Counted from the first letter of the stretch, positions 1-10,450 are shown. The stretch: 40,146 nucleotides of DNA from an uncultured Peptoniphilaceae bacterium (GCA_964522555.1 CAZFWK010000001.1:10114-50259); one strand, 5' to 3'. Notes: generated by a model not told the origin, from the sequence alone. A program made the numbers and translations.

Positions 1-1562
1 TATTCGACAACGCGGACTTTTTCTTCGTATGGATATTTCGCAAGCAGCTCTTCCAATTCTTCCGGCGAGTGGAACTGCCCCATGAATTCCACATTGTACG
101 CTTTGCAGAGTGCATCCATATCGAGTGGATCGTAGATGTCGGTCTCGGAGTAGCGTTGTTCGTTAAACAAGCCCTGCCATTGGCGTACCATCCCGAGTGA
201 GTTGTTGTTGAATACGACGACGAGCATCGGAATATTGTATTTCGATGCCGTGAGCATCTCATTGTGGTTCATTCGGAAGGAGCCGTCCCCTGTTACGAGA
301 ATGACCGCGTCATCCGGCGCACCGATCTTCGCGCCGAGTGCAGCTCCAACGCCGAATCCCATCGTACCCATACCCCCACTCGAAATGAAAGTGTTGGGGC
401 GTCTGGGACGCCAGTACATCATCGACCACATCTGGTGTTGGCCGACATCCGTAACCATCGTCGTGTTCTCAGGCATATACTCCTGCAGACGCTCGAGCAC
501 CATTCTCGGCGGGAAAAACTGATCTTCGGGTGCCGTAATGGCGTCCTTATCGAAGCTCGGCTTGGTAACCCCTTCGAGTTTGTCTGCGAGCTTGTTCAGC
601 ACCTCACTCAGGTCACCCAGAATTTGCACATGGGCATCGAGGTTTTTGTCGAACTCGGCTTTGTCGACGTCGATATGGATGATCTTCGCATCTTCCGTGA
701 AGCCTTGGCGATTGCCGATTGCGCGGTCCGAGAAACGAACGCCCGCTCCGATTACGACATCCGCGCCGTACACGAGAAGATTCGTCTCCTTTTGACCGTG
801 CATCCCGACCACGCCGTACGAAAGGGGATGCATGCGGTCGAAGCTACCCAGTCCCATGATCGAGTTGACCACGGGGATATTGCTCTGGATCGCAAGCCTT
901 CTAAGCGCTTCCGAGGCGCCTGCGCGAAGCACGCCGCCTCCCGCGTAGATGACGGGTTGTTTGGCATTTCGAATGAGATCGGCCGCTTCCTCGATCTGCG
1001 CTTCGTATTCAAACTGGCGCACATCCTTCGGGATCTTTCGCTTGCGATAGGTCGGGTCTTCGACCTCCGCCAAAAAGGCATCCTTCGTAATATCGACGAC
1101 GACCGGTCCTTTTCTGCCTTCATTTGCAAAATAGAATGCTTCCGCGATCGCTTCCCCGATTTCATTTGCATCGGTTACAAGCCGTGTATGCTTGGTGATC
1201 GCCATCGAGATTCCGGTCATGTCGACCTCTTGGAATGAGTTTTTATACAAGAAAGGTGTCGCAACTTGTCCCGTGATCACGACCATCGGGATCGAATCGG
1301 AATAGGCTGTCGCAATCCCCGTAATGGTGTTGGTCGCACCGGGGCCGGATGTTGCGATACATACCCCGGTCTTTCCGGTGCGTCTCGCATAGCCGTCTAC
1401 CGCGTGCGTGCCGCCTTGCTCGTGGCAAGAGCGGTAAACATCGAAGTAGTCTACTTGATATAGCGCATCAAACAAAGGGATCACCGCGCCGCCCGGATAG
1501 GCAAAAAGCATTTCTACGCCTTCTTCGCGTAGGCACTCCATTACAAATTGTGCGCCGTTCAT
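1..1562 (-). CDS. ilvB: acetolactate synthase (acetohydroxy-acid synthase) large subunit; the 3' end runs off the window
   Basis: My reverse-strand translation from the ATG at 1562 gives [34 protein letters not shown]...GPGATN. Further on it contains the ThDP motif [37 protein letters not shown]. The ATG overlaps the ilvD stop (ATGA). The ORF track does not list it because no stop lies inside the window. Confidence 0.9.
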   Translation of the reverse strand, partial: MNGAQFVMECLREEGVEMLFAYPGGAVIPLFDALYQVDYFDVYRSCHEQGGTHAVDGYARRTGKTGVCIATSGPGATNTITGIATAYSDSIPMVVITGQVATPFLYKNSFQEVDMTGISMAITKHTRLVTDANEIGEAIAEAFYFANEGRKGPVVVDITKDAFLAEVEDPTYRKRKIPKDVRQFEYEAQIEEAADLIRNAKQPVIYAGGGVLRAGASEALRRLAIQSNIPVVNSIMGLGSFDRMHPLSYGVVGMHGQKETNLLVYGADVVIGAGVRFSDRAIGNRQGFTEDAKIIHIDVDKAEFDKNLDAHVQILGDLSEVLNKLADKLEGVTKPSFDKDAITAPEDQFFPPRMVLERLQEYMPENTTMVTDVGQHQMWSMMYWRPRRPNTFISSGGMGTMGFGVGAALGAKIGAPDDAVILVTGDGSFRMNHNEMLTASKYNIPMLVVVFNNNSLGMVRQWQGLFNEQRYSETDIYDPLDMDALCKAYNVEFMGQFHSPEELEELLAKYPYEEKVRVVE

Positions 1563-3226
1563 TCCGCTCTCTCCTTCCGGTACACCGCTCCCAAGTCAGC
1601 CGAAGCAACGTGTTGGCGATATCTTGCCAAATAGCCGTCGGCCGGCTGTACATGCGGAACATGTCCTTCTCGTCGGCTCGCCCACTCTGCATCGCTCAGC
1701 TCTGCGTTGAGCGTGCCTTCGATCATATCGACATGAATCGTATCGCCATCTCGCAGAAGTCCGATCGGTCCGCCTTCCGCCGCTTCCGGCGAGACATGTC
1801 CGATGGCCGCACCACGGCTGCCGCCCGAAAAGCGACCGTCCGTGATCAGTGCGACGGTGGAGTCGAGCCCCATTCCGTTCAATGCGGAGGTCGGCGAAAG
1901 CATTTCCTTCATGCCCGGCCCGCCCTTCGGCCCTTCGTAGCGAATGATGATCGCGTCCCCCGGGACGATTTCTTTTCCGAGGATCGCCTTATAGGCGGTT
2001 GCTTCGTCGTCAAACACGCGAGCACGGAGGGTCTTTGCCAGCATTTCGGGAAGAACACCCGCTACCTTTACGACTGCACCGTTTGGTGCGATATTGCCGA
2101 ATAAGACTTTGATCCCTCCGACCGGTGAGTACGGGTTATCGATCGGACGGATGATCCCGCCCAAATACTTTCCTTTGATCCGCTCGCCAATCGGCTGGCC
2201 ATAAACGGTCATCGCATCCAGATTCAGTAAATCTTTCTTGCTAAGCTCTTCCATTACCCCGTAAATCCCGCCGCTATTCATGAGATCCTGCATATAGTAC
2301 GGGCCGGACGGGGAGAGCTTCGTGAGATTCGGCGTTCGCTTGCTGACCTCTTCGATTTGCTCAAGGGCAAGGCCCACGCCCGCCGCTTCCGCAACCGCCG
2401 TCAAGTGGAGGATGGTATTGGTGGAGCAGCCGAGAGCCATATCGACCGTCAGCGCATTTTCGAACGCTTTCGGCGTGAGAATATTGCTCGGACGAATGTC
2501 TTTTTCGACTAAGTCCATCACCCTACGACCCGCTTGCTTTGCCAGCATTTTGCGATTCGAATAAACCGCAGGGATCGTTCCGTTGCCTTCCAATCCCATG
2601 CCCAGCGCTTCCGTAATGCAGTTCATAGAGTTTGCGGTAAACATGCCCGCGCAAGAGCCGCAAGTCGGGCACGCCGAGTTTTCGATGTCGGTAAAGGTCT
2701 GATCATCGATCGCGTCGACCGTTCTCGCGCCGACCGCCTCGAAGCTCGAGATGAGGTCGACATTTTGGCCCGTCATGGTTCTTCCCGAAAGCATCGGCCC
2801 GCCGCTTACGATTACGGTGGGGATGTCGAGTTTGGCTGCAGCCATCAAGGCCGCCGGTACGGATTTATCGCAGTTCGGAATGATTACGAGCCCGTCAAAC
2901 GGATGCGCGCGCACCATCACCTCGATCGAGTCGACGATCAACTCACGTGAAGGCAGCGAATACCGCATGCCGTCGTGGTTCATGGCGATTCCGTCGCAAA
3001 CCGCGATTGCCGGAAATTCGAACGGTACACCGCCTCCGTCTCGCACGCCTTTCTTCACTTCTTCCGCTATTTCTCTTAAGTGGATGTGTCCGGGGACGAT
3101 CTCGTTGAACATATTGCAAACGCCGATAAACGGCTTGACCATATCTTCCCCATCTACCCCAAGGGCATGGAACAGCGCCCTATGCGGCGCCCGCTCCATG
3201 CCCTTTTTCATCGTATCACTACGCAT
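1559..3226 (-). CDS. ilvD: dihydroxy-acid dehydratase
   Basis: 555-aa ORF starting [23 protein letters not shown], with [12 protein letters not shown] and [24 protein letters not shown], which are typical IlvD/Edd family motifs. An RBS (AGGAGG) precedes the start. Confidence 0.95.
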   Translation of the reverse strand: MRSDTMKKGMERAPHRALFHALGVDGEDMVKPFIGVCNMFNEIVPGHIHLREIAEEVKKGVRDGGGVPFEFPAIAVCDGIAMNHDGMRYSLPSRELIVDSIEVMVRAHPFDGLVIIPNCDKSVPAALMAAAKLDIPTVIVSGGPMLSGRTMTGQNVDLISSFEAVGARTVDAIDDQTFTDIENSACPTCGSCAGMFTANSMNCITEALGMGLEGNGTIPAVYSNRKMLAKQAGRRVMDLVEKDIRPSNILTPKAFENALTVDMALGCSTNTILHLTAVAEAAGVGLALEQIEEVSKRTPNLTKLSPSGPYYMQDLMNSGGIYGVMEELSKKDLLNLDAMTVYGQPIGERIKGKYLGGIIRPIDNPYSPVGGIKVLFGNIAPNGAVVKVAGVLPEMLAKTLRARVFDDEATAYKAILGKEIVPGDAIIIRYEGPKGGPGMKEMLSPTSALNGMGLDSTVALITDGRFSGGSRGAAIGHVSPEAAEGGPIGLLRDGDTIHVDMIEGTLNAELSDAEWASRREGHVPHVQPADGYLARYRQHVASADLGAVYRKERAE

Positions 3227-3234
3227 GTGTCCTC

Positions 3235-4218
3235 CTATTTTTTGATGAAGGTCATCATCGAACGGAGCTTTTGTCCGGTCTCCACGATCGGATGCGCAAG
3301 CTCTTCTTCTTTTCTTCGGTTGTACATTGCTCTGCCGGTTTTATTTTCATCGATCCAAGTTTTCGCAAAGGTGCCGTCTTGGACTTCTTTGAGTACTTGT
3401 TTCATGGTTTCTCGTACGTGGCTGTCGATCACGCGTGGGCCGGTGTAGTAGTCGCCGAATTCAGCCGTGTCGGATACGGAGTAGCGCATGTTTTCGAAGC
3501 CGCCTTCGTAGATGAGGTCTACGATGAGCTTCATTTCATGTAAGCACTCGAAGTATGCGATCTCCGGTTGATAGCCCGCTTCGACTAAAGTATCGAAACC
3601 CGCTTTGATCAACTCCGTTACGCCGCCGCAAAGTACCGCTTGTTCACCGAAAAGGTCGGTTTCGGTTTCTTCTTGGAATGTAGTTTCGATTACGCCCGCT
3701 TTTAATGCGCCCAAGCCTTTCGCATAACCCAAAGCCAGGGATTTTGCATTGCCGGATGCATCTTGATAGATCGCGATCAACGCCGGTACGCCTTTGCCTT
3801 CTTCGTAGACTCTGCGTACGAGGTGCCCCGGTCCTTTCGGTGCCACCATAAAGACGTCGATAAATTCGGGAGGAGCGATTTGGTTAAACTGAATATTGAA
3901 GCCGTGTGCAAAAGCCAACGCTTGTCCTTCTCTTAGGAAAGGTGCGATTTGCGTGTCATACACTTCCTTTTGCTTCTCATCCGGAAGGAGCATCATCATA
4001 ACATCGGCGGTTTTTGCGCATTCGTCAACCGGTAAAACCGTAAGGCCGAGCTCTCTCGCTTTTTCGCAAGAAGCGGAATCCGGACGCAGTCCTACGACTA
4101 CATTGACACCGGAATCGCGTAAGTTAAGCGCATGTGCATGCCCTTGGCTGCCATAGCCTAAAATCGCAACAGTTTTACCTTGAAATACCCCTAAATCTCC
4201 GTCTTTTTCGTAATACAT
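3235..4218 (-). CDS. ilvC: ketol-acid reductoisomerase
   Basis: 327-aa ORF with MYYEKDGDL...[22 protein letters not shown] (Rossmann GxGxxG) and a class I KARI C-terminal domain. An AGGAGG RBS precedes the start. Confidence 0.95.
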   Translation of the reverse strand: MYYEKDGDLGVFQGKTVAILGYGSQGHAHALNLRDSGVNVVVGLRPDSASCEKARELGLTVLPVDECAKTADVMMMLLPDEKQKEVYDTQIAPFLREGQALAFAHGFNIQFNQIAPPEFIDVFMVAPKGPGHLVRRVYEEGKGVPALIAIYQDASGNAKSLALGYAKGLGALKAGVIETTFQEETETDLFGEQAVLCGGVTELIKAGFDTLVEAGYQPEIAYFECLHEMKLIVDLIYEGGFENMRYSVSDTAEFGDYYTGPRVIDSHVRETMKQVLKEVQDGTFAKTWIDENKTGRAMYNRRKEEELAHPIVETGQKLRSMMTFIKK

Positions 4219-4235
4219 TCCAATCCTCCTAAATT

Positions 4236-4433
4236 TTACAGTACGGTTACATCGGCTAATTTCATCAAATTAACCAAAGCTGTATGTTCTTTTTCTTCAT
4301 CCACGCAGATGGTGAGCAAAGTGTCCTTTAGTTCGAAACAACGTGCCTCTACATTCGTTCTGCGCAATACGCTGAGTACTCTCATGCAAGAGTCCATTCC
4401 TAGGGATAGTTCTGCTCTGATCGCTTTTTCCAT
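4236..4433 (-). CDS. small ACT-domain protein, IlvM/IlvN-like acetolactate synthase regulatory subunit (tentative)
   Basis: The listed ORF is 4236..4499. The internal ATG at 4433 is preceded by GGAGGAAG at proper spacing, and the longer form would run into the T-box terminator. The 65-aa product [35 protein letters not shown]...[13 protein letters not shown] resembles the short IlvM-type ACT fold. It is the first gene of the ilv operon. Confidence 0.5.
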   Translation of the reverse strand: MEKAIRAELSLGMDSCMRVLSVLRRTNVEARCFELKDTLLTICVDEEKEHTALVNLMKLADVTVL

Positions 4434-4478
4434 TTTTTCTTCCTCCATAAATAATGATTTTTTTGAATGAATGGAAAT

Positions 4479-4745
4479 AAAAAAAATCTTCATCTCCAAT
4501 CCATTCCGGATTAGGGACGAAAGATTCTCCGCGGTACCACCCTAATTATGGCAATTGCCATCACTCAGGCCTATCAGCCTTAGTCCTGATAACGGGGACA
4601 TCCGTTTTCTTCTACCCTTTCGTTCGAAGAAACAGCCACAGAGTGATAGATTTTCCTTTGGAACTGTCGACTTTCACCTACAATCGACTCTCTGCGAGTT
4701 CACCGGTAAGGAGCATCCTCTCCGTGCAAGCCTTTCAAATACTTT
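4479..4745 (-). promoter_or_regulatory. T-box riboswitch leader of the ilv operon; candidate specifier AUC (Ile)
   Basis: The minus-strand RNA contains AGAGAG and GGTGAAAG Stem I elements and the T-box sequence AATTAGGGTGGTACCGCG (plus 4531..4547). These are followed by a terminator hairpin and a U8 run (plus A-run 4479..4486). The specifier loop reads ...AAAUCU-AUC-A just before the lower Stem I helix (CACGGAG / CUCUGUG). Confidence 0.85.
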
Positions 4746-4756
4746 TGTATGTGACC

Positions 4757-4785
4757 ATCTTAAAGCATAAATGAAACTGTGTCAA
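4757..4785 (-). promoter_or_regulatory. sigma-70-type promoter for the ilv leader
   Basis: Minus strand: TTGACA (4785..4780), a 17-nt spacer, then TAAGAT (4762..4757), immediately upstream of the T-box leader. Confidence 0.5.
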
Positions 4786-4844
4786 GCCTTTTCGATATTT
4801 TTTTCGTACAATAGCCGATTACACCAAAGTGATGCATTTCGTAC

Positions 4845-4896
4845 AAAAACCGATCCCCTTGCGCCATACGCATTTCGTCATCCACGCAAGGGGATC
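4845..4896 (-). terminator. rho-independent terminator after the lipoprotein gene
   Basis: 12-bp arms GATCCCCTTGCG / CGCAAGGGGATC (4852..4863 and 4885..4896), followed on the minus strand by GGTTTTTGT. Confidence 0.6.
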
Positions 4897-4904
4897 CTGT
4901 TCTT

Positions 4905-6326
4905 CTATCCGAACGACCCGTCCAAACTAAAATCGGGATTCTCGATCAGGTCGACCCAGTCGCCCGTCATCATGTCCATTTGGTACACGGTTCCGTCCGG
5001 TGCGATCGTATAGTAGAATTCTTGCGTAAAATTAAACTCGCCCGAGGTACCTAGGATGACATCCCGGCAAGTTACCCCTTCAATTGTGGATATTTCTTCG
5101 ATAACGACTGCGGTCATTCCGATCTCCATCATCTCTTTTGCCTTCGGTACGATCAAGGTGAGGTATTCGATCAGATCCTTCTCGCTAAAGAGGGAGGTAT
5201 CAAATTCACCCAGGATCGTATGGTCGGTTGGTTCATAGTTTTCCCATAATATATCGAATACAAACGGCTGCCCTTCTTCCGGTTCTCTGCCAAATAACAA
5301 GTCTCCCGACGACGGGTACAGGTGCAAATAGCCCGAAGAGTCCGTATCGATGAAATAGGATCCGGTTAAATTCTCCTGCAGTCCGGCTGCGTATTCCGAG
5401 TCCTCTTCGCCAAATAGATTCCATACGAGGTCGAGATTCAGATTCAGTATGCCGGGCTTTTCGCTGTCTTTCGCTTGTTCTGCAAAGGAGATCTCATATG
5501 TACCCTCATAGACTTCCGCTGCATCCGAATCCTTCCAACCGGTCATCCACTTTGCGTTGCCGTCTTCCATAAGGGTGAGGTAACCGTAGAAATTTTCGTT
5601 GCTGTCTTCTTCGGAACCATATATCGGGGTTATCCAACTCCATTGCGTCAAGAAATCATAGCGGATCGGGAAACGAAGGTCATAGCGAAGCCCCTTTTTA
5701 TCGGTAGCGTAAATGGTGTTTTCGCCGATTCCATCTTTTTCTTTTTCATACGTTAAGATGTCGACTTCATCGATCCAGTTTAACTTGCGAAACGTATAGA
5801 GTAGATCCGTGTCTTCCCCGATAAACGGATCGGCGATAAACTGTTCGAGACTTCCATCGTCCATTAAGAGTATGACAGTCGGGCAAAGGACCTCTCCCCA
5901 GCCGATGTTTCCGAATTCTTCGATCTGTCCGATGCAAGCATCCACAACGGTTCCTGAATGGGTTTGCACCGGGAACGGTCCTTCTTTCATCCAGGATTTG
6001 TCATACGCGCCGAAATCCTGGTTGTAAATCCCATATTTTACGTTCCAACGGTCCAGATGATACGTCAAAAGCGCCTCGCCATTTTTTATCTCGATGCTTA
6101 CTAGCCCATCCGCATCGGTGCGAACCGGATTCGGTTGCAGCCCTGTTTCTGCCGCTTCCGCTTTCGAAGCGTCCTGCGCGGGCGGTGCTTCGATCGGTTT
6201 CTGAGAAGTCAGCGTGTTTGCCGTCCCCTCCGTCGATTCATCGCCAAGTTTCGCCTCTTCATTACACGATACGAGAAAACCCGTAAGCAAGACGAGCACG
6301 GCGAGTAAAGCAGCAATTTTCCTCAT
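4905..6326 (-). CDS. hypothetical lipoprotein
   Basis: 473-aa ORF. The N-terminus MRKIAALLAVLVLLTGFLVSC has a signal peptide plus lipobox (LVSC). I recognise no catalytic motifs. Confidence 0.7.
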   Translation of the reverse strand: MRKIAALLAVLVLLTGFLVSCNEEAKLGDESTEGTANTLTSQKPIEAPPAQDASKAEAAETGLQPNPVRTDADGLVSIEIKNGEALLTYHLDRWNVKYGIYNQDFGAYDKSWMKEGPFPVQTHSGTVVDACIGQIEEFGNIGWGEVLCPTVILLMDDGSLEQFIADPFIGEDTDLLYTFRKLNWIDEVDILTYEKEKDGIGENTIYATDKKGLRYDLRFPIRYDFLTQWSWITPIYGSEEDSNENFYGYLTLMEDGNAKWMTGWKDSDAAEVYEGTYEISFAEQAKDSEKPGILNLNLDLVWNLFGEEDSEYAAGLQENLTGSYFIDTDSSGYLHLYPSSGDLLFGREPEEGQPFVFDILWENYEPTDHTILGEFDTSLFSEKDLIEYLTLIVPKAKEMMEIGMTAVVIEEISTIEGVTCRDVILGTSGEFNFTQEFYYTIAPDGTVYQMDMMTGDWVDLIENPDFSLDGSFG

Positions 6327-6494
6327 GATCCTTTCCTTTCTGACGTTTCAAAAGCAGTAGTCATCTCGATTGCTTGACAGACCGACAGATAACGATATCC
6401 TATCGAAGCAATGTGTAAACGGTCGATTTCTCAGACTAATTCCCTTTCTTGTATTATACCCATTTAACCAAAAAGAAGCGAGTCGAAGCGGTAC

Positions 6495-6529
6495 AAAAAG
6501 AGCTCTAACAAGTAGAAAGAGCTCTTTTT
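6495..6529. terminator. bidirectional-looking terminator hairpin
   Basis: AAAAAGAGCTCT (6495..6506) and AGAGCTCTTTTT (6518..6529) are perfectly complementary with an 11-nt loop. It lies downstream of the minus-strand gene ending at 6560. Confidence 0.6.
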
Positions 6530-6559
6530 ATCCGCTTCTATTTATCTTTTCGAGTATTC

Positions 6560-7087
6560 TCACTTCGTCCGCTGTTCGAGAATCGACTCCGCAATCGGAA
6601 CCGCGATCTCCTCCATCGCATGGGCTACGCCATACGGCGGGTCGACCTCGTAACGGAAGTCGTCGAGGTAGAAGATAATACTCCCATAATCCGAAAAAAG
6701 GACTTCATAACCTGCAATCTCCCCATTGGGAGCGAATTTGGCATATTCATCCTCAAACTTCGATTGATCCCGGCACCCTATATCCAAGCTATTCCAATGG
6801 CGAGAATTCTGTGGCGACGGATAGGCCGTGCTGATCTGATATCCGTTCACGTCATACCATGTCCTGGTAACCAAAGAAACCGTATAAGTGGTCTTCGAAT
6901 CCGGAAGCACTTCTTTTTTAGGCAAGAGTATCTTCGAGTTCCCCGCCATCTTCTTTGTCAACTCTTCGTAGCTGTCGACATCGTATTCCGGCTGAGGAAA
7001 TTTGGGTAGCGAAACCCAAATCAACACGAAAATCAGAAGCGGGATCACGACGATCGCTACTTTTGTGATCGGATGGTATTTTTTCAT
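6560..7087 (-). CDS. hypothetical membrane-anchored protein
   Basis: The listed ORF is 6560..7108. I prefer the ATG at 7087 (MKKYHPITKVAIVVIPLLIFVLIWV) because AGGAAGGG sits at RBS distance. It has a single N-terminal TM helix. Confidence 0.6.
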   Translation of the reverse strand: MKKYHPITKVAIVVIPLLIFVLIWVSLPKFPQPEYDVDSYEELTKKMAGNSKILLPKKEVLPDSKTTYTVSLVTRTWYDVNGYQISTAYPSPQNSRHWNSLDIGCRDQSKFEDEYAKFAPNGEIAGYEVLFSDYGSIIFYLDDFRYEVDPPYGVAHAMEEIAVPIAESILEQRTK

Positions 7088-7145
7088 ATCACCCTTCCTT
7101 TCTCGCAACGCAGACTCACCGATGCTGTTTCGAGGAGCATGTGTG

Positions 7146-7459
7146 CTACCCTTTACGAAAGCGCCTCGACCTCTTCATCCTTGCTCGCGCATAGTAAAGT
7201 ATGCAAACTGAACAGTTCCCGGCAAAAACGGCCGGTAAAGCGCTTTCAATCATCCATCGTTGCGACAGTATCCCCATTGCATCCAATTTCTTGGTCAACC
7301 GCGCAGAGCCGGAAAAATACCGTATTACGTATATCAGAAGCATGATCAAGACAGGAATCACCAAACCCGGAGCCAGTGATCCGACATCACCAACTTCTCC
7401 TGTGCTAGCAGCGTTGCAACTCCTGCTGAGAGTATAAGAAACATTAATACGACTTCCAT
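7146..7459 (-). pseudogene. possible frameshifted small two-TM membrane protein
   Basis: An ATG at 7459 with a GGAGG RBS opens MEVVLMFLILSAGVATLLAQEKLVMSDHWLRVW and stops at 7358. A different frame (listed ORF 7146..7364) continues with the hydrophobic VIPVLIMLLIYVIRYF... The two frames overlap around 7358..7364. Confidence 0.25.
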
Positions 7460-7563
7460 TTCTTACCTCCGTCTAATTCGGTGTTCTCTTTCATCCATCC
7501 TAAGTCCCTTACTCATTCGATACAGGCCGGTTTTGCAATTCTCTGATTATGCAATCATCGAGC

Positions 7564-7929
7564 CTATCTATCATTGTGATCCGCACTGTTTCTGTAGTTC
7601 CTTATTAGGAACATTCCAAAAATCGAAACGAGAATGATCGGCATTGGCAGAACTTGAAGTTGATGCCAAATACGGTATATGATAAATCCAAGATTCACTA
7701 TCATCAGTATCGGGTAGTTTGTTCTCTCAGTCGTGTCTAGTACTTTTCTCTTTTCATCCAACAAGCAGAAAAGGAGGATTCCAAATATCGCAAAAGCGAT
7801 CACCTGAAAAAAGATCAATCCGTACAGAAATCGAAACTTCTCTGCTACTTCTCTTTGGAAATACCGAAGGATTGGATCATATGAGATTGCAATTAGTTGG
7901 AGACTGAAAAGCAAAAGGTATTTTCTCAT
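7564..7929 (-). CDS. hypothetical multi-pass membrane protein
   Basis: 121-aa ORF with about 3 hydrophobic segments, in AT-rich sequence. No recognisable motif. Confidence 0.5.
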   Translation of the reverse strand: MRKYLLLFSLQLIAISYDPILRYFQREVAEKFRFLYGLIFFQVIAFAIFGILLFCLLDEKRKVLDTTERTNYPILMIVNLGFIIYRIWHQLQVLPMPIILVSIFGMFLIRNYRNSADHNDR

Positions 7930-8073
7930 TGAAACCTCACTTTCGTTACGTGAAAAATTAGGGAATAACGATCTTTTTGCGAAGTCTATCTACTGATCAA
8001 TAGCTGCGTTTCTCAGGGTAAACGACCAACTTGATCCACCTCTTGATAACGATATGGCTGTCGATGCAACTAT

Positions 8074-8766
8074 TTAGCATGGACTTGCATGCGTGGATAC
8101 TGGTCTCCAACTCGCTAATGGATATCTTGTCCAGCTTGTTGTTTTATTGCCAATTGTGTATGTTGTAGAAGCTTGCTGTCCACCTCCGGTATCCGCAGAT
8201 CCTATCTGTGCTAAAGTTACCTTTTGTGAAGTTACATAAACACCATTGCCGGAGTTAGTATAACCACCTGACGTTCTGAGCATCTTACAATATTTTTTAC
8301 CTCCTATAGTTACATAGCTATAATACACTGTACTATAGGCTTTAACCGTAATTGAAGTGTCCCATAGATATTCATATTGACTCCCACCAGTCGATCTAGC
8401 TACTTGTGAACTGATACTATTTCTTGAGAAAAGTCTGACGAAGATTATTTGATTCTTTAAATCGTCATTCTTTTTAGGGTCGGTATTAATAATACTCAGT
8501 ATGTCTTGAGAAAAGACTTCTTTACCATTTGATACACCCTCACTAACTTCATTTCCTACAAAACTATAGATTCCATCGCCATGAATTTTCATATTTGCCT
8601 TCGCGATAAAATCTGGATTTATCATCCGATTCTCTAAGAACATTTCTCTGTGTCTCAAATCATTGTTTTCAACTTTTTGATCCGATGCGTGTACGTTTGA
8701 CTGCATCAAAGCAACAATCCCAATCAGTAACAAAACTTGTTTAAAACAGAATACCCATTTTTTCAT
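8074..8766 (-). CDS. hypothetical secreted protein
   Basis: 230-aa ORF. MKKWVFCFKQVLLLIGIVALMQSNVHA-SD is a classical signal peptide. The C-terminal half is Ser/Thr/Gly/Tyr-rich and beta-like. An RBS AAGGGAG precedes the ATG. Confidence 0.6.
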   Translation of the reverse strand: MKKWVFCFKQVLLLIGIVALMQSNVHASDQKVENNDLRHREMFLENRMINPDFIAKANMKIHGDGIYSFVGNEVSEGVSNGKEVFSQDILSIINTDPKKNDDLKNQIIFVRLFSRNSISSQVARSTGGSQYEYLWDTSITVKAYSTVYYSYVTIGGKKYCKMLRTSGGYTNSGNGVYVTSQKVTLAQIGSADTGGGQQASTTYTIGNKTTSWTRYPLASWRPVSTHASPC

Positions 8767-8991
8767 AGCTGTACTCCCTTTCTTGGTTCAGCTCCATTGT
8801 TCTACGTTGTCTGACCTGCATTAGGTGAATAATAATCAACCTCCTTGTTTTGTAATTCCAATGACGTACAAGATTCTTTGGGATTTGTTTTCAAACTGCT
8901 GGTAAGCTCATTCTCGTTCACAATAGTGTACGCTCTTCCTTTTCGGCATAACGAAGAGGGAGTCGTATTCAATCAGGTCTAAAAAAGGTTG

Positions 8992-9168
8992 TCAGGTCAG
9001 ATTTAGGATGGTTTCCATAAGCTTGGTGAATGCTTTATCTTTTCCATCTGTAGTAATTAAGTCTTTCAGAAGTTCCGAATCTAGGGTAGTATTAAGTTGA
9101 GCCATAGCTTGCCCCCAGTTAGTTTTGTCTGGTAAACTTGTTATACCAAGAGCGAGCTTCTGGTTCAT
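8992..9168 (-). mobile_element. remnant of an IS256-family (mutator-type) transposase N-terminus
   Basis: A 58-codon ORF, below the ORF-track cutoff: MNQKLALGITSLPDKTNWGQAMAQLNTTLDSELLKDLITTDGKDKAFTKLMETILNLT*. The segment LNTTLDSELLKDL...KDKAFTKLMETILN resembles the characteristic N-terminal helix region of IS256-type transposases. The rest of the gene is absent. Confidence 0.4.
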
Positions 9169-9271
9169 TCTTTTTACACCATATATGGCCTTTTTCTTCG
9201 GTTACCGTTCTTGGTATGATAGCATACCTCCTTTTTAGTTATTTCAAAATCGGGAAACATAACTTTAATTT

Positions 9272-9700
9272 TTAATATTTCACCGATTTTGTGTATTTTG
9301 TAATTGTTTCGCCACTACATGTGATTACAGTACGTAATCGATAATTTACTCTAATCGATAGCGAATGTGAGGTGTTGATTGCCGCAGATCCATAACCGGT
9401 TTTGGAAAAAGTGTTAACATTTATCCATCCGCTAGAGGTATATCTTTGTAGGGTCGATACTAAGGTCAAATATCGACCACTATAGACAGCACCTTCAGCA
9501 TAAATAAGAGCTTTATCATTGCTTATATCCAAGTATCCGGAAACATTTTGGATATAAGTTGATGCTGGCAATACACCTGTGTAATCAAACCACTCCACCG
9601 GTTCACTGGATGCATATATGAGACGTGGTTTTGATTGAATAACCAAAGTCGCTAGCATGACTAAGAATAGGCCTTTTAGAATCTCTTTTTTTATTAACAT
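9272..9700 (-). CDS. hypothetical small secreted protein
   Basis: 142-aa ORF with a signal peptide (…LVMLATLVIQSKPRLIYA-SS). It sits directly downstream of the sigma/anti-sigma pair with a 33-nt gap and its own RBS. Confidence 0.6.
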   Translation of the reverse strand: MLIKKEILKGLFLVMLATLVIQSKPRLIYASSEPVEWFDYTGVLPASTYIQNVSGYLDISNDKALIYAEGAVYSGRYLTLVSTLQRYTSSGWINVNTFSKTGYGSAAINTSHSLSIRVNYRLRTVITCSGETITKYTKSVKY

Positions 9701-9733
9701 AGATATATTATTCTCCTTCCTGACATTCTGATC

Positions 9734-10450
9734 CTAACGTTCATACTTCACTTCAATTTTCTCAATAATCGCTCTAGTCTGTTCCCTTTCAAGATTAGAG
9801 TTTACAGTAATCACGATACCATTCACTTCCCAAATAACAGTAATGACATTGTTCTTTTTGTATTCATGCACCTCACTCCCCTTTAAATCATAAACATCAT
9901 ACTCGGCATCTTCAGAGTCTACTGCCCCTACATATCCTTCCGCGAAATAACCTCTTATTCTGATATAACTCGATTTGTTCTCGTACGACAATATCGATAA
10001 GTTGCCGTGATGGCTAGATTCTGTGATTGTAAATCCTTCAGGGATTTTGGATAATTCGATCTCAAATGACTTGGCTGTATCATAGGTGTTAGATGATTCA
10101 TCCAGAACCCAAGTAAATGAAGTATAACTATCAAGAACCTCAATAATAGCTGTATATATTCTATTGCCGATTGCAAAAGCTCTATCCGGACCTATCGCAA
10201 TCGAAAAGACTAGGAGAACAGCAGCAACGAAAGGAAGTGATCGTCTCAAAAAAGGCACAGTCTTATGCTTAGATTTCCCGTTTTTTTCATAATTATAGTC
10301 CTTCTCCTTGCTTCGTAACTCCAGAAATAAGCTATCCATCTTACTATTGAATTTCGGTGAGAAGACTTCATCATAATTTAGAGTTTTTGAATTGGCTTCT
10401 CTTCTTAGTAGAAGTTCCTTCGCATCTTCTTCCTTCCATTTCGATTTCAT
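9734..10450 (-). CDS. putative anti-sigma factor / DUF4367-like single-pass membrane protein
   Basis: 238 aa. It overlaps the sigma gene stop by 4 nt (ATGA). It has a charged N-terminal cytoplasmic part, one TM helix (LPFVAAVLLVFSIAIG), and an extracellular C-terminal domain ending ...VITVIWEVNGIVITVNSNLEREQTRAIIEKIE, which is typical of DUF4367 partners of ECF-like sigmas. Confidence 0.6.
   Translation of the reverse strand: MKSKWKEEDAKELLLRREANSKTLNYDEVFSPKFNSKMDSLFLELRSKEKDYNYEKNGKSKHKTVPFLRRSLPFVAAVLLVFSIAIGPDRAFAIGNRIYTAIIEVLDSYTSFTWVLDESSNTYDTAKSFEIELSKIPEGFTITESSHHGNLSILSYENKSSYIRIRGYFAEGYVGAVDSEDAEYDVYDLKGSEVHEYKKNNVITVIWEVNGIVITVNSNLEREQTRAIIEKIEVKYER

Noticed and set aside
202-3448. 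Many long plus-strand ORFs (for example 264..1238, 1349..2104, 2534..2950, 2751..3245) opposite ilvB/ilvD/ilvC. Similar ones lie opposite the leu, AOR, pgm and glg genes (for example 22075..22629, 23514..24029, 32311..33012, 36882..37394).
   Set aside because: They are Arg/Ser/Pro-rich and low-complexity, lack RBSs, and lie antisense or out of frame to ORFs with unmistakable enzyme motifs. They are typical shadow ORFs in GC-richer coding DNA.
4434-4499. N-terminal extension of the ACT-protein ORF (MEMKIFFISIHSKKSLFMEEEK).
   Set aside because: The extension is the T-box terminator and U-run region read as protein. The internal ATG has the proper RBS.
8860-8893. Possible ECF-type promoter (TGAAAAC ... 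CGTC) upstream of the 230-aa secreted-protein gene.
   Set aside because: The spacing between the AAC and CGTC elements is about 20 nt, longer than the usual 16-17. I could not find a matching motif upstream of the sigma gene itself.
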